Assembly (NCBI GenBank): GCA_013239625.1 | Contig: MU053653.1 | Span: forward strand, 62,001-126,000 | DNA: 64,000 nucleotides | Source of the DNA: Lama guanicoe | Lineage: Eukaryota | Direction of reading: 5' to 3' | In this document: one piece after another, positions 51,247 through 62,493 of the stretch | Numbering within the stretch: the first letter of the stretch is position 1 | Layout: every line of letters starts with the position of its first letter | Made by a program: the position numbers and the translations under genes | The notes under the pieces: model-generated | What the model was told of the DNA's origin: nothing | The model's database searches: none | What the model saw: only the letters and a program-made list of their open reading frames with translations

Positions 51247-52862
51247 AGCACCCCTTGCGTTGCTCGGCGCCCTGTGCTGCTGCACCAGGGCACACACGCG
51301 TGAGTGAGCTTCGGCTTGCTTTCCTCTGGTTGCTCTTTGTCGGTCTAACTTACAGGACCCATGTGGAGAACTGAGATGGGCAGGGGAAAAGGGTTTTTTC
51401 CCTTCCCCACGTCACTGGCTATGCCCCGCCCAAGGCCACAGGCTCCGTGCAGTGCTCCTTCTGTGCCTGGAAGCTGCTCTGCTGACCCGCGGGGCTGCAC
51501 GTACCTGCACGCCCTTCCTGCACCTCCCTCACTGTGCTCTCCTCGAAGTTTCCCTCTAGAATGTGCCAGCTGCTTCCTGCTGGGACCCTGTCAGTGCATG
51601 ACTGTACTCTTCAGAGTCCCCTTGGGTCACTCAGTTCCAGATCTCAGTTTCTATACTTTGAAATGAGACGGCTGGACTCATCAGGGAGCCCTCGGGCCTG
51701 GGGGACTGGTCTCAGTTCATGAGTCAAACCTGAGCTCTCTCACCTCCATCTTTGCCAAAGCTGTTCTCCTCCAGGAAGACCCTTCCCCAACCCGCTCCTG
51801 ATTAGGACTCCACCCTTCGTTTAAAGCCCACCCCACCTTTCCTGGTTCTCACAGGCTCCTTTAACCTCTAGAATCTCTTGCTGTAGTCACTTGTTCTTCC
51901 TGGCCCCTCATCAAAGGCAGCAACCAATGTTTGTCGAAGGGAATGATCCTCAGGTTGAAGCCATACAGCTGGCTGGGAGGTGTCCTCTCAAGGTCTGCAG
52001 TGTTCAGGGCAGAGCCCAGGCTAGAATCCTGATTCCTGAGTTGCCTTTCCTTTGTGTGGCCGCTCTTCCTGGAGTCTCGACCCTCCAAGAGCCCCAGGCC
52101 CCCGCTAATTTAGCAGGAGGGTTCAGACTTTTCTCCCCTTTCCTGTAGGAGACTTCAGTTGTTTGTGTGAGCTTTCTGGGCACCTTAAATCAGGAAACCA
52201 ACAGGAGCGATGTCTGTGGGAGGAAGGACTGTTGTGGTTTGGTGGGGGGAATCAGAGGAGAGGTCTGTGCGGAGCGGGCACTGAAATCCCAGCCCTGTCA
52301 CGTGCCGAACACGCCTCCCTGAGCTCCGGCTCACCCTGAAAGGAGCACAAGCATGGGATCCGCTTCACAGGGTTGCTGTGAGGATAACTTAGAGAGCAGA
52401 TAAAGTGCTTGTCTCAGGACCAGGAACTACAAGTCAGTGACAGTCAGCACGTTTGCTAGTCAGAGGCAGTGCAGGGAAGGACAGACGGCGTATCTGAACA
52501 CCTGGACAGAAATCGCACTGGCACAAGCAAACTGACCAGCTCAGCCTCTTGCTGAGCTCGGGGAAGAACAGAGACTGGAGGCTACACCTGGCGGGAGGCT
52601 GGATCAGAGGAGGAGGGTCAGAGGAGGCGGGTGGGAACATGAAGGGTGGGGACAACCTCAGTAAATGAAGGAGTTCTGATGAGTACTCAGACCAGCAACG
52701 CTTTGGCAAACAGGGTGGCCACAACAATGGGGGGTTACCACGGCCAGGGGCCCCCAGACTTGTAGCTGGATTAGAGGGGTTAAGGCTCTAAATCAGGCTC
52801 TGGTTATGAAGAATGAGAGTCTCGTTGCCAGGGAGCTTAGGGGGCCAACACCTGTCCCCTAC

Positions 52863-52981
52863 CTTGGGCCTTGGTGCTTCTCATCCGAGGGCAGAGGCCG
52901 GGGCTTCAGGAGCACTTCACCCACCAGTTGAGGGTCTCGCTGACGAGCAGAGAGAGGCTGTCCACCAACCTGACCAGAGGC
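52863..52981 (-). CDS. Gene C exon: ASGQVGGQPLSARQRDPQLVGEVLLKPRPLPSDEKHQGP
   Basis: ctcttcttccaag / gtaggg; 119 bp, phase 0>2. Confidence 0.7.
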
Positions 52982-53414
52982 CTTGGAAGAAGAGACACTC
53001 CTGTAACTTCCCTCCAGCTCTGGGCTCAGAAAAGAACAGCAGTGGACCAGGACATCACAGCTAAATTGACCTGGACTCATGTGCGGATCTGAGCTTGGGA
53101 CTCCGTGTCTCTGGGTAGCCTGGCCGCTGACTGTCTGGTGCTCTTGGGGGCCCTGGGCACCTGCCCAGGAGCAGTTAAGACCCGACTTGGGTCATGGCCT
53201 CCGTCATCTAGGTCCCAGGCCCCTTGGGGACACTTGTTGCCATCATGGGCTCTGCCCTCTGCCCTGGGAGTGTCCCGGAGGGGGGACCCCTGCACAGAGG
53301 CCCTCTGAGTCCTCCTTCCCGCAGACACACTGCTCTCAGGGCGGGATCTGTGAATCGTGCTTCTGTCCTGTGCTCTGTGTGAGAGGCCAGATCAGCTCAC
53401 AGACTGGGGAGATT

Positions 53415-53417
<3 letters not shown>

Positions 53418-53445
<28 letters not shown>
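53418..53445 (+). repeat. (GT)n microsatellite
   Basis: Run of about 14 GT units. Confidence 0.95.
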
Positions 53446-53448
<3 letters not shown>

Positions 53449-53493
53449 AATCTCCACAGCTCAGGCTAGCGGGGTACCCCAGGGGCCCTTCAG

Positions 53494-53609
53494 CTTTCTG
53501 CTGATCCAAGCTGGTGGTCCGCTTGCCTGAGAAAGTGCTGATGCCAGAGCGTAAAGCACTCTGTCCAGCTCTGGCTGAAAGCCCGCGGGAGGGACGCTGA
53601 GGGTACAGC
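53494..53609 (-). pseudogene. Gene C exon with lost donor: CTLSVPPAGFQPELDRVLYALASALSQASGPPAWISRK
   Basis: Strong acceptor cttcctccccag; the expected phase-0 donor position reads AAG|ctgaag; read-through reaches TGA 10 codons later. Confidence 0.65.
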
Positions 53610-54538
53610 CTGGGGAGGAAGAGCACAGAGAAGCACCGTCTGCACATGGACGCCTGGCCCGACACTTACTTCACGCTTTCCCATTTTGGAAGCTTGTGTG
53701 TTTGCCCTTTTCATCTGAGGACCTTCCCTCCCGCTCTCTTTCCTCTGGGCAGTCACCGCCATGGGCTACGTGTGTGTGTGGGCTGCCTTGCGTATGACCA
53801 AGGTCCTTTCCCTTTGGATACATCTCATTATGTTTCTTACTTTTTCTAAACTTGGAAATGTTTAAAGATCTGTGCATCTTTAATTTATGCATCTCATCTA
53901 TCGCATCTGACTGAGAGCACCCATGTGGGGCCCAGGATGCCCCTCTGCACCCTGCCTTATCCTGTCCTGGTGGACACTGAACACCTGCTCCTCTGCAGCA
54001 CCAAATCCTAAAGGAAGAAGCCTTTGCAGCCTGGAAAATGCTGGACTCTGCTGTGTAGCAGAAGCATTTCCGAGGTGTCATGAGAGGGGTTTCCCCGGGG
54101 TCCATGAAAGAGCAAATGAATATTCACACGCAGACTTGCAAGGCTGCCCGGCTAAGTGGACTCTCGCTACCCGCTTATAGCCTCTTCTGTGCCGATGGGA
54201 ATTTGTAAGGAGCTCTATCACTTTTGCCCTTTAGAAAAACATAACTAAAGGTCTAAACTAGGGAGACTGTCAAAGCCTCAGGGTCCGCGTAACCCTGATA
54301 TCTTACACAAAGCCACCCCTAAAAGCCAGTGCTGGAGGCGGTCAGCAGGAGAGCTGGGGGAGGCCTCACTCCGCCATTGTTATCTGAGTCCCTTCCCTGG
54401 CCCTGGGGGAGCAGGGGTGCTGTCTGGCCACCGTACCACGTGAGATGATGACTGTGAAGCGACACTGAGGCACTACCCACTGTGAGCGCTGCTGTCATGG
54501 CTGTTCACCTGCAGGTGCGGCACCTCCCCTCCTCTCAC

Positions 54539-54704
54539 CTGGAGGACACTGCCAGGGCTCCCTGGGAGAAGCCACAGTGTGGCTGCCCCACGAGTCCTTG
54601 CTTTGCCCGTCATCTGTCCTGGCAGCGGCTCCGGCCCCCGTCGCTGGGTCCCCACTGCTGCCCAGACCTGGCTGCTCAGTCATGCTGAAGCCCTGCAGGA
54701 GGTC
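54539..54704 (-). CDS. Gene C exon: DLLQGFSMTEQPG...REPWQCPP
   Basis: ttcttccag / gtgaga; 166 bp, phase 0>1. Confidence 0.75.
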
Positions 54705-54849
54705 CTGGAAGAATCAGGGCTGCATCAGCCTCTCAGGTATGGAAGTCCATCTTGGCTCAGGCAGTTTCGGCAGTTTCCAGGAGAAAGTGGGCATCTGCTC
54801 CCCCAGGCCGGGGCACCAGGGGCTGGGTTGTCTGGGGTTGGGGGCTGAC

Positions 54850-55010
54850 CTTGAGCCCCTGGAGCTGCCGGCAGGCGCCCCTGTAGAAGGCCAGCATGTC
54901 ATCCCTGTGCTTGCTCAGCTGGGCCGCCACATGCAGGCTCTGGTCCTCAAGCTTGTCATATAGCGTGCGGACACTGATGTCCTCCAAGGTTGTGGCCAGG
55001 GGTGGCTTCC
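54850..55010 (-). CDS. Gene C exon: ...[47 protein letters not shown]
   Basis: cttcctgcag / gtcagc; 161 bp, phase 1>0; conserved cytoplasmic motif. Confidence 0.9.
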
Positions 55011-56668
55011 CTGCAGGAAGAGGCCTTGGAGTGAGACTGTGGGATAAACAGGGCCTCCTTCCCCTCAGGAGCTGTCTTGACGGAAGAAGGAAGGACGGTG
55101 TGAGGCCCCCACGCTGGCCTGGGGCTCCGCCAGGGCAGCACCTGCAGGAGCTGAGTGTGAGGCTGAGGGATCGTCCACTGCCAGTCTTCCCCAGGCCTGG
55201 TGGGTGCATGTGGGGGGAAGGGAAGCCCCATCTGTGCTGCAAAAGCAGTAGGGGAATTCTCGTTCTGAGCAGCAAAAGTGGGCCCAGCTCTGGCAGAGCC
55301 AGCATCGCCTCCTTCCTCTCTCTGTGGTCAGGGTGGTGTCTGTCCCCCGAGCTCACCAGCCGGTCAGTTGGGAAGAGGGTAGGCAGCTGTCAAGAAGGCC
55401 GGACTGGGTCCTCCACTCTACCAAGCTCGCCCTCTCCACTGCCCTGTCACACACCGCACAGTGAAGGGGAAATTCACCCTCCCCGAAGGGACCCGTCCTC
55501 TATCCAGAAGGGCCCTGTCCCACCTCCTCCTGTGGGAGCTCCCAGCCCTGGGTCTGAATGGAGGCTACCTTTGGGGGTTAAAGTGCCGGCCTCAGTCCTG
55601 ACTCTGTGTAGCCCCTCCGTGTCCACTGCACACCCGCCCCCTGGTCACATCCCACCCACTGGTCACCCGTGAGGGGTGGCCCGGGTGGGAGGGTAGGCTC
55701 GTCCTGGACTCCGTCAGTCCTCTGCTCACGTTGGGGGGGCGCTGTCCTCACTGTCCAGAGCCTTCACCAGGAAAGTGGCGACTGGCCTCTAATCCCCATG
55801 CGAAGGGTGCTCGGGGGCAGCAGAGCCAGGCCTGCCCTGCATGGTGTGCCCGTGGTGTAGGGCGCGTGGGTGTGCATGTGGGTGAGGAGGCCTACGTTCA
55901 GGTTCACACAACGAGCAAGACTTCATGTGCTCTGACCCCACGACCACGCTTGTAACGATTCACTTCACTGCCTCCCCCAGGCCCCTGAGCATTCAACTCA
56001 CTTGCTGCGGTCCCTGCAAGTCCCCAGTTAAGAATCAGCAGAGGCAACGTCTGAGCTGTGTGAGCCCAGGTCCGGGAGAACTTACAGGGCCCTTCCCTAC
56101 CCCTTTGCCCGCCGTCCGAGGGAGGCAGCCTGGGCAGTGAAGGGTCTTACATCTGCAGTGCCCCCTGCATGCCCCACTGCACACACTTCCTGCTCACTGT
56201 TGCGGTCGGGGGCCAGGTGGGGACGGGGGGAACTGTGGGTCCCCAGATCCCCCAAGGCAATACCCAGCTCTCCAGGTGCAGGAGGAGCTGACAGGGCAGG
56301 GGAGTGGTCCTGTAAAGGGGTCCTGGAGAGCAGTGCTCACGCCTGTGCCTTCCTTGAGCGAGGGCCCCCCCGAGCTCCTGACCAGCACAGTGAGGACCAG
56401 ACAGCTCTTCCTCAGCTCAGCCCTCCCAGCCTGGGACGCTGGGCAAGCCACTTACATTTCCTTGTGCCTCAGGCTCCGTCTATAAAATGCGGACAGCACA
56501 ACACCTGAACACACCTACTTCTAGGTTTTGTTGTGAAGGAGAGATGGACAGCTAAAGTGCAGAAACCCAGTGCTGTGGAAATACGAGATGCTCCCAGGAG
56601 CGTGTACATGGAGTGCAGGTTGGATGGGGGCAGGCAGAGAGGAGGAGGGGTTGCCCACCAGCAGGTAC

Positions 56669-56751
56669 CTGTGCCCCGGGCAGCGGCCCTCCCTGAGGAA
56701 TTGGCTCCGTCCTCAGAGCCCCAAGGACCAAGGTCTTCAGAGAAGGGAAGG
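56669..56751 (-). CDS. Gene C exon: LPFSEDLGPWGSEDGANSSGRAAARGT
   Basis: ttctttgcag / gtacct; 83 bp, phase 2>1. Confidence 0.75.
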
Positions 56752-56971
56752 CTGCAAAGAAGCACCAGCCTCAGTGCACAGACACACATGAGCGGCCCAG
56801 GGCTCGTGTGGCCCGGGGGCCAGTGGTGAACCCCACAGGTCAGCTTAGGAAGGGGCCCCTCCCGAGCCCACAGGGCCAGGCTGGGCTCATGAGTGTGGGC
56901 AGGGCCAGGCCTGCTGCAGTCACTGGGCTGGGCTGGGGCCGGGAGACGTGTGAGGGGTGAAGGGGACTCAC

Positions 56972-57134
56972 CTGTCCCTGAGGGGCACATACTCCATGGG
57001 CATGTGAGGCTCCCCAAGGCCCCTCCACTGAGGCCTCCAGGTCTGCACGGGGCAGGCCTGGGCCAGCGAGGGTCTTAGCACGAGGCCCAGGCCTGTCAGC
57101 AGCACAGTTGCCAAGCCAGCAGCCAGCAGTACCC
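56972..57134 (-). CDS. Gene C transmembrane exon: GVLLAAGLATVLLTGLGLVLRPS...WRPQWRGLGEP
   Basis: cctttcag / gtgagt; 163 bp, phase 1>2; ~20-residue hydrophobic stretch followed by Arg. Confidence 0.85.
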
Positions 57135-57911
57135 CTGAAAGGTGGGGCAGAGGGGCGGGGTCCTGTGACGACCTCCCGGAACCTCCCTAGGCTACAGTTT
57201 TGCATGGGCCTCAGTGGCTCTGGTTTCTCTTCCTGCTGCCTCTGGGCCTTAACTCCTCACAGCTCCTTGGGAAGCAGTCCTCATTCCTGCCCGGGGCTTA
57301 ACCATGTCTGGGGCCGACTAGGGGTTCTCCTCCACCCTTGCTGTCTCTGTGGAATCTGCTCCAGTCTAGGGCCCAAGGATGAGGGGGGCCCTCCTGGGAC
57401 ACTGCTGCCCTGCCCGCCTGGCCCCAGAGCCAGGTCCCGGCTCAGTGTGGCTGGCTGGCCGCTTCGTGCCCAGGCAGGTTTGGGCCTCAGCCACGATGGG
57501 CAGTATTCTCTGTCCACCTGGCAGGCTCAGCCTGGAGAGCGGCTCATGAGGACGAGGAGGATAAAAGACAGGAAAACCCACAGAGGAGGTTAGAACAGGC
57601 ATCTCTGGGACCCTATGACTTCACCCAGGGGCTCTGCTCACCGTGGAGGGACCCCATTCACTGGGACAGGCCCCAGAGCTAAGGAACACAGGGCGAGCAG
57701 GGAGGGTGAGGAAGGTGACCCCTGGGGAGAAAATTCAGTTTCTTTGCCTGGCAAATGAAGCCCCAGTTCAAGACAAGCTTGTTCTTGTCCCCATCTGTAG
57801 TCTGGGGCTATGCCCAGAGTCTCAGGCTGGACACATAGCTGGGGTCCCTGCTGTGTTACCCTCTTCCCACACCCCCTCCACATCCCGGCCCCTCTGGTCT
57901 GTGGTCAGTAC

Positions 57912-58123
57912 CTGAGATCACTGCCCAGTCTGGGCCCAGGTTTGGTAGCTGGTGCCTGAGGACACCGTGCCTGGCGAGGTGATGCGGGGAGGAGGGCTGC
58001 ACTGGGGACAGGCCAGGGTCGCAGGCCACCCCCTTCTCCTTCACCAGCACCACCGTGATGCTCTCGGGCAGCCCATTGTCCCGAAACACATATGTGCCAG
58101 GATCTAGAAACTGATGAGCAAAC
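57912..58123 (-). CDS. Gene C exon: FAHQFLDPGTYVFRDNGLPESITVVLVKEKGVAC...PNLGPDWAVIS
   Basis: cccccgcag / gtactg; 212 bp, phase 2>1. Confidence 0.9.
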
Positions 58124-58294
58124 CTGCGGGGGTGCAGGGCAGGAACATAGGGAGAGTCTGGGTGGCCGCGAGCCACAGCCGGGCCTCTCCCCACTCACAG
58201 GAGCAGCTGCCTGTGATCCCACCCCTCCCACGTGGTCTGCAGCCCGCACCCCTGGGTCCTCCCATCGCCCACCCTGACCCCAGGCTGCAGTCAC

Positions 58295-58421
58295 CTGGAG
58301 AAGTTGAGGTGAGTCTTGTGCACCAGGTGGGCGAGTCTCCTGAAGGCCCCGAAGTTCCAGTGGGGGTTGCTGTTGAACAGATGCTGCCTCTGGTACATGG
58401 GGTAGTGACTGAATGAGCGAT
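58295..58421 (-). CDS. Gene C exon: [42 protein letters not shown]
   Basis: cccccag / gtgact; 127 bp, phase 1>2; family signature motif. Confidence 0.9.
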
Positions 58422-60058
58422 CTGGGGGATGAAACGGGTTGGCCTGGGTTCCAGAGGCTTCCTGACCCCACCCTGGGCAACCCACAGCCCGTCTCAGGAG
58501 ACATGTTTCCAGTGAAATGACACTTCATCCTTTCATGCATGTAATCCCGGTGCCAGGGCCAGACCTGTTGACCTGCAGAGAAAGCTGACGTCCCTTTGGG
58601 GTGCACATGACAGCGCCCTGGCACTCTCATAGGTGGGGGCCTGTTCAGCTCTGCTCCCCGATAGCACAGGGCCGGCACACAGTGGGCACTCAGCACATGC
58701 CATGGGGGTAGGGGGCCCGCTGGCAGGACACACGGGCGGGCCTGGCCTGGCCAGTCCCTCCGATGAGGCCTTTCCCATGCACATGCGTCAGCTCTTCTCA
58801 CTGAGATCGGTCCCCTGCCACCCCCAACATGGGGCTCTGAGCTCACATCCCCGCAGTGTGGGAAGGAGACACACGGGGGCATGTCAGCGATGCAAACGCC
58901 AAGGCTCAGAGCGGGGGAGGCTGCGACAGGCCCGGCGTGTTCATGCGAGAGCTGGGCCTGGGAACCAGGGCACACACGTTCGCGCTGGGCTTGGTTTCCC
59001 GTGACTCCTGTCCCTCTTGGTTTGGCACTACCTCGTGGGGAGGACGCTGGGTAGTCACGTGACGTGAAACCAAACACAGCCTGCTTCTACCTGGGTCAAG
59101 TGCCCGTTCTGTCCCAATGTGACTAAAAGCCTGGACTGTGCCACACAGTGACCTATCCAGACACAAGGGCTGAAGCCTCAATTTCAGGTACCGGAGGCTG
59201 AGATCTTCAGTCTCTCCTAAACCTCAGTCTTCGGGCCACTATCCTGTTGCTTTGTAGGGGCACCCTTTGTACTGACTTGTTGCAGTTATAAAGCAATTAG
59301 CGAGACAGCTTACGTTTGTAAGCTCTGCCCCATATTTTATCTCCTCAAAATCCATTCCTTAAAAAAAAAGAAAAAAAACTTATTGGAGAAAAGAAAGCCA
59401 CCCTGGGGCTGGCTGCCCCCTTGCCTGATGGGCCAGCTGCCTGGTGTCCGGGGAGGTCCCTGTGGGTCCCGCTATCCTGTGTGTGAGCAGATGGGCGGGG
59501 TGCCCATCCCCCGCGTAGCACCTGGGGAAGTCCAGGTGGGGAAGTGGGAGGGAGTTAAGGTCTCCTGAGGGCTGGACCATGCTCAGTGCCTGGAGGAGGG
59601 ACGCTGAGCCGGGCTGGGGGCTGGGGGTGGTGAGACCCTCTTCTACCAGGGAAGCTGTTTCACGGAGGAGGTCTCAGGCTTGTTCTGAGGTTCCTGGGGC
59701 GGGAGTCACAGGGAGGCAGACTTCACTCACTGTGGGGAAGACAATCCTTATAAATCCCAGGAAGGAGGGGCTGTCAGGCAGAGTTAGGTCCAGCCGGCCA
59801 AGGCACAGAGCAGCCCTGCAGAGGAGCTGTGGCCCAAGTCAGAGGTCACTTTGGTGAGGACCCTCTCCTCCCAAGGCACAGAGTTCTGACAACCCCATGT
59901 TGGAGCTGGAGTGAATGCTCCAAGATGTGTAATTGAGGCCCATAGTGAAGCAACCCATCAGGCCAAGAGCAAGGGGGCAGCACAGGCCAGGGACTGGCTG
60001 CTGTGAGGTCACGGGACAGCCGGCAGGGGAAAGATGATAGAGTCAGAGTGGGACTCAC

Positions 60059-60220
60059 TGTGGGGAAGGATATGAAGCTGGAAAAGAATCACGTCCCCCT
60101 CTACCAGGCAGACCACTGGGTTTGGAATATGGGGGTGGATGCTGGGATCCTGGGGGACAGGGTACTCCAGGGCTGTAGTCCGGTGACGCCTTTGCTGCCG
60201 TGGGCTGGACACAGGTGGAC
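60059..60220 (-). CDS. Gene C exon: ...HIPNPVVCLVEGDVILFQLHILPH
   Basis: ctctcccag / gtgagt; 162 bp, phase 1>1. Confidence 0.85.
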
Positions 60221-60496
60221 CTGGGAGAGTTTTAAGGAGGAAAGCTGGCGGACGTGGGCCTGTTTGGGGAGCCACACACCCACCTTTGGGCCCCACCTGT
60301 CTTGCTTCCCTTTAAGGAGCAGACCCAAGGCTGCCAGACTCTCATCTCCCCAACACCTGAGACAGAGCTGAGAGATTTCTGAGGGGTTTGAGGTGGGCCC
60401 ATAGCTTCCCAGGGCCTCCTCTTCTTGGAAGTGTGCAGGCACGTGAGCCCCCCCCCCAATCTGGGAAACCTGGGCTTGGAACCCCTCTCAGCTCAC

Positions 60497-60629
60497 CAAG
60501 GAGGAAGGAGTCAAGCACATCCCCTCTGGAGATAACAAAGCCAAGCATGCCGTGGTGGCCACACTGGACCAGATGGACCCTGGCGCTCCCTTGCAAGGAC
60601 TGGTCTGGGCCCAGGGTGCTCACTGCTTC
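60497..60629 (-). CDS. Gene C exon: EAVSTLGPDQSLQGSARVHLVQCGHHGMLGFVISRGDVLDSFLL
   Basis: ttctcag / gtgagc; 133 bp, phase 0>1. Confidence 0.85.
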
Positions 60630-61543
60630 CTGAGAACGAAGCATAGCATTGTATACCCCAGGAGCGGGGACAGGCAGCGAGATTTGGGAGGGTGGACAGA
60701 CAGAAACACAGACTGAGACATTCAGCACAGCCCTTGCGATGTGGTGCCCACCCCCAACCTCCCTCAGGACATATTTCCTTCCTCACTAAGCTTGCCTAGG
60801 TGGCTTCCTGATCCCTAGGCCGTCCTTGTCTTCAGAAAACACCCCGGACTCAACTCAGGTCCCTGCACTGGGTCGTTGTTTGCCTCTCTTTTCTTTCTAC
60901 CTGCAAACGTGCTACTCATACGACAACCAGAAACATCTCCCTATCACCTGAAACTGCTGCCCAGTCCCTGACCTTTCAGTGGTGAGCAGACACACCACCC
61001 AGAAGCTCTGGCAGAAGAATACCTAGGGCGAGCCGGACCCACGCCGCACTGGTCCTCTTGCCCCCACCTCGAAGAAGTAACTGAGGCCCTGAGACAGCCA
61101 TGGCCACCTTGTAGTGGCCAGGAGATGGCCCTGCCTTGTGGCCAGAGGTCCAGGCGGGATAAGAGGCCCAGGTTTGGCTCCGGCAGAGTTCACACCATTT
61201 CTGTGACCGTGGTGAGCGGTTTCACGCCTCTGAGCCTTGCTTCACCCTTTTGTAAAGTGAAGCTTCTGGCGTTCAGATTGGGTCATTGATGTTGACATAA
61301 GTTTCACTGCTGTCACCTGCTCTCTGCCCTTCCCTCCAGCTTGCAGACGGGACACTCACTCAGACAGCAGAAGACCAGGTAGGGAAGGCTGCTGAACACA
61401 TGGGCTCCCCCTCTGCCGCCTGGTTTCTTCAGACTGGTGCTTGGGTCTCCCACAGCTGCGGGTACCTGGGTGGCCCCCTCTGCCCTGCCTCCAGTGGGCA
61501 GAGGCTGTCCCTCCATCCCAGCCCCTCCCTGAGCTGAGCTCAC

Positions 61544-61688
61544 CCTCTGGACACTGTCCCCGGCCTTGCCCTTCATGCTGAGGACCAGCTTTCTGCCGGG
61601 TCCCCAGGCCAGGGAGAGCTGGGGGGCCCTGGCCAGACACTGGGCGTCACAGAGCTCCTCTGCAGAGACATACTCCCAGCACTGGCAG
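61544..61688 (-). CDS. Gene C exon: CQCWEYVSAEELCDAQCLARAPQLSLAWGPGRKLVLSMKGKAGDSVQR
   Basis: ctcccacag / gtgagc; 145 bp, phase 2>0, open. Confidence 0.85.
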
Positions 61689-62364
61689 CTGTGGGAGAGA
61701 GGGCAGGAGGCTGGCCCCAGCAGGCCCAGAGTAGCTGCCCACTCCCTAAGGCCCCTTAGCCAGTGCTGCCTGCTCTGGAAGGACAGGGACCTGCACTTTT
61801 GATGGAGGCCCTTGAAGGACTGGACAGCACACCCTCTTGCCCCTATCCTGCACCAGCCCAGGCATCTCCCAGAACGGGAGCAGTGCCTGGGACAAAGGCC
61901 TTGTCCTGGGTGGGAGCGTTTTACTTGGGGTGTCCTGCCCTGGAAGAGTGAGGAGGGACCCAGCTGCTCAGCCTGGAACACGCCTGCTTATTTAGCAGAA
62001 CTCCCAGCACAGTGGTTCCCCTCCAGTGCCTGTTCAGGGAAGCTCAACCCAGGGCAAAGGGAAGCTGGAGGTGTAGAACTCAGGCCCAAATCAGGCCCCT
62101 TGTGGCTTGGCATCAAGTCAGGCTCAGGTTCTGGGAGCTGCTCGTGTGCTGGGGTCCTCCTCCTCCACCAGCACCTCCTCAGCCTGGGCTGCTTGCCCTT
62201 AGCCGTGCTGGCCTGGTGCCCTCTCAGAGACGCCCAACCTGCAGCTTCTGGAAGGATTCCAGGCTGGGTCCTGCCAGCTCCCTCCTGGAGGCCCTCCGGG
62301 GACAGTCAGGACACGCCTGGGGATGGTGGCTTCGCTCTGCTCATAGCAGCTTTGCGTCACTCAC

Positions 62365-62493
62365 ATGCCCAGTGAGGCGCTGAGCTCCCCACCCACTGGG
62401 CGGCAGAAGGAGGATTAGTCGTGCTGCTGGGGGTGACACGCACGTGCGGGTGGCGGCCAGGCGGATGTCTCCAGGCGAGCAGCGCTCCGCTAC
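62365..62493 (-). pseudogene. Gene C exon with frameshift and stop: VAERCSPGDIRLAATRTCVSP/QQHD*SSFCRPVGGELSASLG
   Basis: Acceptor ctcctgcag, donor gtgagt; 129 bp where 128 is needed for phase 2 into the next exon. Confidence 0.8.

Larger units (their letters stand above)
46485..62493 (-). pseudogene. Gene C: 3' part of a large Cys-rich single-pass membrane protein gene (mouse Gm9195/Gm32742-type family), with inactivating lesions; 5' part lies beyond the window
   Basis: 14 phase-compatible exons. Family motifs: [50 protein letters not shown], a TM helix, and [23 protein letters not shown]. Lesions: +1 frameshift plus TAA in exon 62365-62493, and a GT>CT donor at 53493. Confidence 0.8.

Noticed and set aside
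57905..59077. 390-aa minus-strand ORF, and 54896-55672 on plus
   Set aside because: Mostly intronic or antisense GC-rich sequence; the real exons use other frames with splice signals.
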